Source: Nanobdellota archaeon
Lineage (GTDB): Archaea; Nanobdellota; Nanobdellia; Pacearchaeales; GW2011-AR1
Reading direction: 5' to 3'
Assembly: GCA_018816335.1 (NCBI GenBank)
Contig: JAHIVP010000013.1
Location: 19,226 to 83,225, forward strand
Length of the DNA: 64,000 bases
Shown here: positions 1-7,940 of the stretch, piece by piece
Layout of the letters: each line of letters opens with the position of its first letter
How positions within the stretch are numbered: position 1 is the stretch's first letter
Notes under the pieces: model-generated
What the model was told of the DNA's origin: nothing
The model's input: only the letters and a program-made list of their open reading frames with translations
Databases searched by the model: none
Position numbers and translations under genes: made by a program

Positions 1-1728
1 CAACATCTCTGAAAACCATGACGGAATTGTAGGAGCTTTAGAAACATCAGCCCTTACATAAATATTCATCCCCCTTGTATAAAGATACTGATACTTATGC
101 CCTCCTAAAACAAAAACATCTCCTTTCTTCAACCTTCCAACAAATTCCTCATCAACTTTCCCAACAATCACACCATCTCTCTGGGGCACTTTAACATTAA
201 CAAAAGCCTCATCAGGAATTGTCCCAATATTTGTCATATAAATAACCCGCGCCAACATCCCCCTCTTCCCAATCTCTCGAGTTTTTTCATCATACCAAAT
301 CTTTGCATAAACATTCCTTGCTTCAAGAGCATAATCTCCCTTCAAATAAGAAATTACTTCTAAAAAATCCTTTTTAGTCAAATCAGCATAACAATAACTT
401 CTCTTAATTACCTTAAACATCTCATCAACATCCCAAATCTTATAAATAGCCATCCCAAATATATGCTGACTCAAAACATCAAGACAATTCTTAGGTATAT
501 GCACTTTATCCATCTTTTTCTCAATTATAGTCTTCATAATAACACTAGACTCAATCAAATCATCTCTATCTAAAATAACAAATTTTCCTTTAGCAACTTC
601 ATGCAACCTATGTCCCGCCCTCCCAATCCTCTGCAACGCTCTAGCAGTGCCTTTAGGACTTCCCAATAACAAAACAAGATCAATATCTCCTATATCAATT
701 CCAAGTTCTAATGAAGTCGAAGTAACAACAACCTTCAACTTTCCTTCTCTCAATCTCTGCTCCATATCAAACCTATGCTCCTTACTCAAAGAACTATGAT
801 GAGCCCCAATTTCATCAACATAACTCTTAGGAAACATTGTCTTCAAATGATGAATAACCCTCTCAGTCGCAGCTCGCGTATTTGTAAAAATCAAAGTCGT
901 CTTATGTTTCTGAATCTGCTTATCTATCAACTTATATAATTTATCATGCATCTCAAACCCAGTTGTATCAATTAAATCAACAGGAGTAATAACATCAACA
1001 TCAATTTTTTTATGAAACTTAACATCAGCAATTAAACAATCCCTATTTCCAGTCAAAAACATTGCAATCTCTCCCAGCGGAGCAATAGTAGCACTCAACC
1101 CAACTCTAACCATAGGAAACACACTAAGCTCTTGCAACCTCTCCAAACTCAAACTCAAATGAACCCCTCTCTTATTATCCAAAGCATGAATCTCATCAAC
1201 AACACAAAACTCAACACCTTTCATATATTCAATAAATTTAGGAGTATTCAAAACAATGGCCAAACTTTCAGGAGTTGTAATCAAAATATGAGGAGACTTC
1301 TTCAACATCTTTTGCTTTTCATATGCAGTTGTATCCCCTGTCCTAATAGCAACCCTAATTCCCAACTCCTTTCCTAAAATCTTCTCAACCTCTTCTAAAG
1401 GTTTAATTAAATTAACATAAACATCATTCCCAAGAGCCTTTAGTGGCGAGATGTATACAGCATAAACTTTATCTTCTAATTCACCTTTTTCAGCTAGCCC
1501 AACTAAATAATCCAAAATAGAAGTAAATGCACACAATGTCTTTCCAGATCCAGTAGGAGAACTAACTAATATACTTTTTCTATGTTTTATCGGAACAATC
1601 GCATGCTTCTGAGCATCTGTAAACTTCCCCTTAAACTTATCCTTAAAAAACTTAGAAACAACAGGCGTCAAACTACCAAAAACCTCCGTGTCATTACAAA
1701 CTTTTGAATACTCAAATTTTTTTCCCAT
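1..1728 (-). CDS. lhr: Lhr-like large ATP-dependent helicase (superfamily 2); its C-terminal part runs off the window start
   Basis: Not in the ORF track because there is no stop inside the window. Manual minus-strand translation from the ATG at 1726-1728 gives MGKKFEYSKV..., SPTGSGKT (Walker A), VVDEIH, SAT and RIGRAGH motifs. The frame stays open to position 1. Confidence 0.75.
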   Translation of the reverse strand, partial: MGKKFEYSKVCNDTEVFGSLTPVVSKFFKDKFKGKFTDAQKHAIVPIKHRKSILVSSPTGSGKTLCAFTSILDYLVGLAEKGELEDKVYAVYISPLKALGNDVYVNLIKPLEEVEKILGKELGIRVAIRTGDTTAYEKQKMLKKSPHILITTPESLAIVLNTPKFIEYMKGVEFCVVDEIHALDNKRGVHLSLSLERLQELSVFPMVRVGLSATIAPLGEIAMFLTGNRDCLIADVKFHKKIDVDVITPVDLIDTTGFEMHDKLYKLIDKQIQKHKTTLIFTNTRAATERVIHHLKTMFPKSYVDEIGAHHSSLSKEHRFDMEQRLREGKLKVVVTSTSLELGIDIGDIDLVLLLGSPKGTARALQRIGRAGHRLHEVAKGKFVILDRDDLIESSVIMKTIIEKKMDKVHIPKNCLDVLSQHIFGMAIYKIWDVDEMFKVIKRSYCYADLTKKDFLEVISYLKGDYALEARNVYAKIWYDEKTREIGKRGMLARVIYMTNIGTIPDEAFVNVKVPQRDGVIVGKVDEEFVGRLKKGDVFVLGGHKYQYLYTRGMNIYVRADVSKAPTIPSWFSEML

Positions 1729-1851
1729 CTTTAGAACAATGTAACACTATTAGTTAATACTGAACAAGAGTTTATCTAATTCACCATTTAAATATTTATC
1801 TAACTATTAAATAATTAAACTTAAATAACCCCTCCTCTTTTCTTATTCACA

Positions 1852-2118
1852 ATGAAAATTTCACAACAAAAAAGAGATAAAATATCAGAACAAATTTTAT
1901 CACATCTTTATCATAATTTTCCAAAATCTTTTTTCACAGCAGAAATCGCCAGAGAAATCGCCAGAGATGAAGAATTTATAAAAAATTTATTAAACGAACT
2001 TAATTCTAAAGATCTAGTTTTTCCAATAAAAAAGAATAATCAAGGAGTCCAATTTCTCAAAAGAACAAAATGGAGAATATCAAACAAAGCTCAACAAGCT
2101 TACAAAAACTTAAATTAG
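1852..2118 (+). CDS. hypothetical small protein (88 aa), possibly DNA-binding
   Basis: ORF-track ORF; no recognisable motif beyond a basic C-terminus. Confidence 0.35.
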   Translation: MKISQQKRDKISEQILSHLYHNFPKSFFTAEIAREIARDEEFIKNLLNELNSKDLVFPIKKNNQGVQFLKRTKWRISNKAQQAYKNLN

Positions 2119-2235
2119 ATATAATTAATAATCTACATCCCACCAAATAAATATTTATACTGTCTCTCGCTAAATGATATGGGGCCTTTTTGAAGGGGTG
2201 GAAAGAGAGACAATTTAAGATAACTCCACTAAATA

Positions 2236-2247
2236 AATATTTATATA
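2236..2247 (+). promoter_or_regulatory. putative TATA box (AATATTTATATA) about 25 nt upstream of the 2269 ATG
   Basis: AT-rich TATA-like box at the expected archaeal spacing. A second copy of AAATAAATATTTATA lies at about 2145-2160. Confidence 0.3.
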
Positions 2248-2268
2248 ATTCCCCTTCTTTGTCTAGCA

Positions 2269-3045
2269 ATGGATGAGCAAAAACTAAAAGAGGCATTTTC
2301 AAAAATTAAAAAGGAAATAAGTCAGATCAAGGACGACAATATTACTCTCAGAGACTCTTTAATAGAAACATTAAATCACTTATCAAATCTCAATATTTCT
2401 ATAAAAACTTCCTTAGAAGATATAAAAAAACAACAATCAAAACTTTCGACACAAATCAGTAAAATTAAGACAACTTCGACACATAATGCGACACTTCGAC
2501 AGGAAATAGAGGGGTCTAAACCCCAAGATTTAAGGGTTTCCACAGGAAATGAAGGGGTTTCGACAGACAGACAGACAGACACTCCAACAGACAATTCGAC
2601 ACATAAAATACCTATAATTTCTTCCCAACCCCCCCACCTCCAAATAACCCAACAAACCCCCTCTATAATGTTAAATCCAAACGAAAATATAGAGGAAAAA
2701 CCTAAATCATCTTCATTACAAAATGCCTCAGAAATATTAGAAAACCTTGATAACCTAAAAAAAGAAGTTCGTTTAAAGATAAAAAGATTAACTAACCAAG
2801 AAATGCGTGTTTTTTCTTTATTATATCAATTAGATGATCAACAAATAGATGTAGATTATGAAATCCTTTCAAAAAACCTAAACCTCACTCAAAGCTCTAT
2901 CAGAGACTACATACAAAGGATAATCACAAAGGGAATACCTATAAATAAAGAGAAAATTAATAATAAAAAAATAGTTTTACACGTGTCTCCTGCTCTTAGA
3001 AAAATAGCTACTCTTGACACAATCCTCAAATTAAGAGAGATTTAA
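2269..3045 (+). CDS. coiled-coil protein with a C-terminal sigma70-region-4/LuxR-like HTH; paralog of 3381..4055
   Basis: The C-terminal segment LTNQEMRVFSLLYQLDDQQIDVDYEILSKNLNLTQSSIRDYIQRI aligns with the HTH of 3381..4055. The coding DNA carries repeated TTCGACA (Ser-Thr) units. Confidence 0.5.
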   Translation: MDEQKLKEAFSKIKKEISQIKDDNITLRDSLIETLNHLSNLNISIKTSLEDIKKQQSKLSTQISKIKTTSTHNATLRQEIEGSKPQDLRVSTGNEGVSTDRQTDTPTDNSTHKIPIISSQPPHLQITQQTPSIMLNPNENIEEKPKSSSLQNASEILENLDNLKKEVRLKIKRLTNQEMRVFSLLYQLDDQQIDVDYEILSKNLNLTQSSIRDYIQRIITKGIPINKEKINNKKIVLHVSPALRKIATLDTILKLREI

Positions 3046-3380
3046 CTACTTATTCTCTTTACCGAATAAATGGTTACACCTAAAACTAGATAACCATATT
3101 TACCAATAAGTATTTTTTACATTTCTTTAACATAATTTTCTCACATATTTTTGAAATTTTAAGATATTAAGTTCGTTTAAATGGAATTTTTCCATTTCGT
3201 TTAATTCTTCTTTTTCCACATTTTTACCTAACTCTCATTTTTCCACTTTCAAGAGATTATACTTTTCTCACTTTTCCTTATTTAATTTCTTAACAATCTC
3301 AATTTTCACTTTTCCACATCTTTTCCAATCTTTTATACATATACTAACTCTCACTTTTCCGATTTTTAAGGTTATTTTTC

Positions 3381-4055
3381 CTATAAATCCTCTTGTAAAC
3401 CCTCACTTTCTCTGTTTTTAAGGTTTTTACCTGATTTTTCCTCCTCACTTCTTCCAGATCTCACTTTCTCTGTTTTTAACAATTCTTCTTTTATTTCTTC
3501 TGGAATATATACTCTCTTTTTTCCATTTTTTTCCATTACTTCTTCTAACACTCCATCACTTTTTTGTTTTATTGAATTTATCTGTCCTCTTATCGTAGCC
3601 CTGCTTTTTCCAAGCATTGCAGATAAATCTTCATAACTCAATTTTAAATCACTGTTCAACAAAACATATACCAAAGCTCTTTCTGATGATGTTAATAACC
3701 TTAAAACACCTGTTTGAACAGCTGTTTGAACAACCTTATCAACACCTTGAACAAGTGTTTGTTTGTCTTGAACACCTGTTGATGTTTTAAACGCTGTTTG
3801 TTTTTTTCCATTGTTTCCAAACATCAGAAAGTTTTTCAAATTTTCAATCTCTTTTTCCATCGACGATAAACGTAGATCAATCTCAGAAACATTTTTCTTA
3901 GAAGCTTCTTTATGGGTGTTTAAGTGTTTTACCCATTCTGAAAGGCTGTTTATGTCTGATTTTACAGAATCAAAACCTTGCTTTGCATCCTCTCTAGCTC
4001 TCCTTACCTCTCTTTTTCCGAACAATAACCAACTTAACATACCTATTTTAGACAC
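3381..4055 (-). CDS. coiled-coil protein with a sigma70-region-4/LuxR-like HTH; paralog of 2269..3045
   Basis: LTSSERALVYVLLNSDLKLSYEDLSAMLGKSRATIRGQINSI is a LuxR/sigma70_r4-like HTH. There are internal TTGAACA and AACAGCTGTT DNA repeats. Confidence 0.5.
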   Translation of the reverse strand: MSKIGMLSWLLFGKREVRRAREDAKQGFDSVKSDINSLSEWVKHLNTHKEASKKNVSEIDLRLSSMEKEIENLKNFLMFGNNGKKQTAFKTSTGVQDKQTLVQGVDKVVQTAVQTGVLRLLTSSERALVYVLLNSDLKLSYEDLSAMLGKSRATIRGQINSIKQKSDGVLEEVMEKNGKKRVYIPEEIKEELLKTEKVRSGRSEEEKSGKNLKNRESEGLQEDL

Positions 4056-4349
4056 ATCATATATATAAACTTTTTCTTTTCCTATTTTACCGTCGACAAA
4101 ATGATTAAAAAATAATCTAAAAATGAAAAAATTAATCTAAATAAGTAGTAAAAATAACCTCCTAAACAACATAAACTTCGACATAAACACCCATAAACAC
4201 AAATCATCTGTCGTAAAACAGCTGTTTAAAACACCCCTAAACAGACATAAACACCTACAAACACCCTAAACTTCGACATAAACACCTCTTTACCCTCGAC
4301 AAATTTAAATCTTACAAAAAACATATAAACTCTCAAAACTTATTTAGTT

Positions 4350-4622
4350 ATGCCAAAAAAATCAAAATCAAGAAAGAAAAAATTCTCAAGATCCTACAAA
4401 AAAGAATTTAAAAAACAACTCCGTCTTGCAATCGCAGCAGCAATAGGATTCACAATTGCCTTTTCTTGGAGAAATGTCATCTTTGATTCTGTCCATTCTC
4501 TTGTCCAAAATATAGATAAAAAAACCACAGTTTTCCAAACCCAATTCACAGCATCTCTAATCATTACTGTTGTTGGAGTACTTTTCATACTATTATTTTC
4601 AAAATTACTCAAAGAAAAGTAG
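4350..4622 (+). CDS. small membrane protein with a lysine-rich N-terminus
   Basis: MPKKSKSRKKK..., then one or two hydrophobic helices. Confidence 0.4.
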   Translation: MPKKSKSRKKKFSRSYKKEFKKQLRLAIAAAIGFTIAFSWRNVIFDSVHSLVQNIDKKTTVFQTQFTASLIITVVGVLFILLFSKLLKEK

Positions 4623-4709
4623 CTAAAACCTTTTAGCAAAACCCAAAAGTTTTATAATAAAATAAAGTTCGTTTAAAAAAGTGAAAGGAGGCAAAAATAA
4701 AAAAATAAA

Positions 4710-4850
4710 ATGGCAACATTAAAATTAACCATCTCAGGAATTATTACATTGATTGCAGGGCTTCTTATATTATTTAATCCAAAATTAATAAGACTTGTTT
4801 TAGGAATCTATTTAGTTGTTGTAGGAATTCTTCAGATGGTGGATATATAA
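4710..4850 (+). CDS. 46-aa two-helix membrane peptide (DUF3096-like)
   Basis: Manual ORF MATLKLTISGIITLIAGLLILFNPKLIRLVLGIYLVVVGILQMVDI. An AAAGGAGG Shine-Dalgarno sequence sits 15-20 nt upstream. It is absent from the ORF track because of its size. Confidence 0.4.
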   Translation: MATLKLTISGIITLIAGLLILFNPKLIRLVLGIYLVVVGILQMVDI

Positions 4851-5058
4851 AAAATTCACATCTTTTCCTATTTTTCCTTTATTTTTATACTATAAAGTTC
4901 GTTTAAATCCCAAAGCCCCATAAATAATTAAGAAAGTACTTCTTTTAATCTGACGAGGCCGTAGGCCGAGTCGCGCTCGGCATCACTTTTCAAACTTCAA
5001 AATAACTCATCTTTTCCAGTATAATAATCTTTAAAAACTTTGAAAAACATAAAAAAAC

Positions 5059-5400
5059 ATGGGAAAAATGAAAGACTTTCTGGAAAGAAACCAACAAAAA
5101 AGACAAGTAGCTCAAGCTACAGACCAACCAGATCCAGAAAACTTGATGACCTTCGCAGATGTTCTTACAAATGCTGTAGCAGACTATAATTTTGTAAATG
5201 GTAAAGGATGGACTTATAGAATCACAAGAATATATGAGGGTGCTCCTGGAAGATTTGACATGGAATATGAAATTTTAGACTCTGAGGGTAAAGTAGTTGA
5301 CAGAAGCACAGGTTTTGCTGGGACTCGTGCAAGAGACAGAGCAATTTTAAAACTACAATTTCCTTCTCCAGACTCTGATGATGAAGATCACCATCCATAA
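5059..5400 (+). CDS. hypothetical protein (113 aa) with an acidic C-terminus
   Basis: ORF-track ORF; no known motif. Confidence 0.4.
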   Translation: MGKMKDFLERNQQKRQVAQATDQPDPENLMTFADVLTNAVADYNFVNGKGWTYRITRIYEGAPGRFDMEYEILDSEGKVVDRSTGFAGTRARDRAILKLQFPSPDSDDEDHHP

Positions 5401-5555
5401 CATTTACAAAATAGAGAAAAACACCCGCAAAAACCTTTAATCAAAACCAATAAATAACTACATAGAACTTAAACGAACTTCTAACCTCTTAAACACCCCA
5501 AAAGGGCGCTTAATATACGATAAACGAATGTTTGAAATACATGTTTTTAGGCGAT

Positions 5556-5930
5556 TTAAGCAACTTTTCCAGGCCTACCATTAATAGGGCTAGCAATTCT
5601 CAACCAACCCTCTTCTTCAGGACTTGAAGAAATAGGTTTCCAATCAACATCTCCAGTTTTTTGATGTTCGTAAAGAGCACATTCAGAAGCAGAATAAATT
5701 CTCATATCATTTGTTTCAAGATCTATCTCTAAGATCCCAGTCATTAATCCAGGATTTTCCCTTGTTAGTTTTGGTTCTCTAATTTGTCTTCGTTGACTAC
5801 CAAAAAGTTCATGTCTTTCTTGCATACTAAGCCCGCGAGTTCCATAAGAATCACAAATAAAAGCACCAGGACCAAGATTAAACATTTGGGCCATACCTTC
5901 TATCTGTCTTTGAGTTTGTAAACTATACAT
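5556..5930 (-). CDS. hypothetical protein (124 aa)
   Basis: ORF-track ORF; no known motif. Confidence 0.4.
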   Translation of the reverse strand: MYSLQTQRQIEGMAQMFNLGPGAFICDSYGTRGLSMQERHELFGSQRRQIREPKLTRENPGLMTGILEIDLETNDMRIYSASECALYEHQKTGDVDWKPISSSPEEEGWLRIASPINGRPGKVA

Positions 5931-6024
5931 TCTAATTCTAATATTCTAGAATTAATAAACTTTTCTTTAAATCAAACTTTCAAATTTCAGCAGAAACTTC
6001 CTACGCAAAAACCTTTAATCAGAA

Positions 6025-6912
6025 CTATTTCCTAATCTTTCCCCTCCAAAGGGTTCTGGAAAAAACATCTCCAACACTCTCGGTAAGTGGGCTACGCATC
6101 CAGCCTATTGAACTTCCTTGAATCTCATGCTCTCCCCCTCTCTCAGTCTTCCTCTGCCCAACTCTTGTGTCATAGAGGATAGATTCCATTTTCATTTTAG
6201 TAACGAATGATCTGAATCTTCTTCTCGAAAATCTATAAGTTTCTGTTTCATTCTCTCCTTTAGCAGTTTGATATACAACCTCAATTCCAAAACAATTTCC
6301 CACTCCCCCAAGATCTCTCTCAGCCTTTCTCAAATCTGCTCTGAATTCAGGAAGATTATCTTCTGAAAGTCTAAGAGTTCTCATATATGCAACAGGAGGT
6401 TTGGAATAATTATTATCTCTAACATTTGCTTTCACAACTACTTTTACTATTCCATCCGGAATTATTTCTCTAGGTTTGGGTGGATAATTTAGATAGCTAC
6501 TTGTTCTTGTTGGAATTGGTTGTCTACGATTCCATTTTGTTCCTGTTTCTTCCTTTGATTCTTCTGCTTGGTCTTGAGCTTGTTGTCTGGCTTGAGTGTT
6601 TATTCCATCTAACTCTCTCCTCCTTTCTTTCATCATCCTCTCTTGTATTACAGCTCTTCTATCTTCTTCTGTTTTCCTATAGATTCTCACTTCTGGAATC
6701 CTTCTTCGAATTGGTTGTGGAGGGGAGGTTTCTCTTTGGATTGTTCTTGGTTTTTTTTCTGCTCTTTGTCTTTCAGCAGCCTCTTTTCTATGCCAATCTG
6801 GACCTTCTACCACATATCTTCCAAGATAATAAGGAACATAAGTAATAGAAGCAATTACCATAGCAATAGGAACTAAAAACCCCAAAACTCCTCCCAATAA
6901 ATCATCTCCCAT
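6025..6912 (-). CDS. hypothetical membrane-anchored protein (N-terminal TM helix, Arg/Glu-rich linker)
   Basis: N-terminal hydrophobic helix LLGGVLGFLVPIAMVIASITYVPYYL, followed by a charged low-complexity stretch and a globular C-terminal domain. Confidence 0.45.
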   Translation of the reverse strand: MGDDLLGGVLGFLVPIAMVIASITYVPYYLGRYVVEGPDWHRKEAAERQRAEKKPRTIQRETSPPQPIRRRIPEVRIYRKTEEDRRAVIQERMMKERRRELDGINTQARQQAQDQAEESKEETGTKWNRRQPIPTRTSSYLNYPPKPREIIPDGIVKVVVKANVRDNNYSKPPVAYMRTLRLSEDNLPEFRADLRKAERDLGGVGNCFGIEVVYQTAKGENETETYRFSRRRFRSFVTKMKMESILYDTRVGQRKTERGGEHEIQGSSIGWMRSPLTESVGDVFSRTLWRGKIRK

Positions 6913-6929
6913 TTTTATTTAGATCCAAT

Positions 6930-7388
6930 TTATGCAACTGGATCATAACCTCCTTTACTCCAAGGATTACATTTTAACAATCTTCCAGTAGCCAGAATAG
7001 ACCCTCTTGTCGCACCATATTTTATTATTGCCTGCCTTGCATATTCTGAACAACTTGGTTCATATCTGCATATTCTTTCTTGCTCTAACCTTTTTAAGAT
7101 TTCTGGAGAAATGTTTTTTTGATAAATTTTAATCCATTCAATTAAAACTTGTTGTGCTTGCAAATCCCTTCCAGGAATAAATATTCTACTTGTCTTCTTT
7201 TCCTTTGATTCTACTTGTCTTCTTTCTTGCTCTGCTTGTTTATGTTTATATCCATCACTTATGCCACTAATAAAAAATCCCCCTGAGATTAATAAAGCAA
7301 GGCAACATGCAGCACCCCCGCAAGAGCTCTCTCCAAATGCTTTTCCTATAGAAAAAGCAGCTGCAGCTTCTAAACAACCATCACTCAT
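6930..7388 (-). CDS. YidD-like (DUF37, haemolytic-domain) protein with a Cys/Gly-rich N-terminal hydrophobic segment
   Basis: The C-terminus reads LIEWIKIYQKNISPEILKRLEQERICRYEPSCSEYARQAIIKYGATRGSILATGRLLKCNPWSKGGYDPV. This matches the YidD consensus LIRFYQ..ISP....CRF.PTCS.YA..A....G..G..L...RLLRCHP...GGYDPV. Confidence 0.5.
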   Translation of the reverse strand: MSDGCLEAAAAFSIGKAFGESSCGGAACCLALLISGGFFISGISDGYKHKQAEQERRQVESKEKKTSRIFIPGRDLQAQQVLIEWIKIYQKNISPEILKRLEQERICRYEPSCSEYARQAIIKYGATRGSILATGRLLKCNPWSKGGYDPVA

Positions 7389-7641
7389 TTTTCTTTCCTC
7401 ATTTTCTTACATTTACTTAGATATTTAATCTTCTTATATTTTTCTTTTTCCATATTTAAAATTAAATAAAATTAAAAAATTATTGATTTTTAGCTTGTCC
7501 TCCAGTCACATCATTTATAATCTCTAAGAATTTTGTTATCCCTCCAAATTTTGAAACCAGTACTCTGACCTTATCTCCTTCTTGTTTTGTTAATTTTGAA
7601 TTCATCTTAATATTATCAGAACTCTTCTTTCCTAAGTTTAA

Positions 7642-7881
7642 TTAGAGACCAGTCAACTCCCTTAATCTCTCAGGTTTACAAGCTAATCTTTGTTGCTCTC
7701 TTGCAATCTCCTGGCCTGCATTCATTCCTTCAGAATATCCTTGAGAAATTCCAACTCTAATCCCTTCTCTATAGCCTCTTTCTTTTTCAAGTCCCAGCAT
7801 AAAAGGAACTGATAGAACATAAGCCATTACTAAAACCCCAAGAATTCTCTTTCCTATTGGTTCTCCACGTGTTTCTGCCAT
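7642..7881 (-). CDS. hypothetical small membrane protein (79 aa)
   Basis: ORF-track ORF with one hydrophobic helix. Confidence 0.3.
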   Translation of the reverse strand: MAETRGEPIGKRILGVLVMAYVLSVPFMLGLEKERGYREGIRVGISQGYSEGMNAGQEIAREQQRLACKPERLRELTGL

Positions 7882-7940
7882 TTTCTTTCACTCAGAATTA
7901 ATCTGAGGTTTTCACCTCTAAATTTACATAATATTAATAT

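Noticed and set aside
1132-1377. 81-aa plus-strand ORF
   Set aside because: It lies antisense inside the Lhr-like helicase CDS, which is clearly coding on the minus strand with a Walker A motif.
6480-6876. Two plus-strand ORFs (121 and 77 aa)
   Set aside because: They are antisense to 6025..6912 and have a Leu/Phe/Ser-rich composition typical of AT-rich antisense translation.
7480-7605. 41-aa minus-strand ORF MNSKLTKQEGDKVRVLVSKFGGITKFLEIINDVTGGQAKNQ
   Set aside because: It has no SD, no motif and no support beyond being an open frame in an intergenic gap. It is too weak to annotate.
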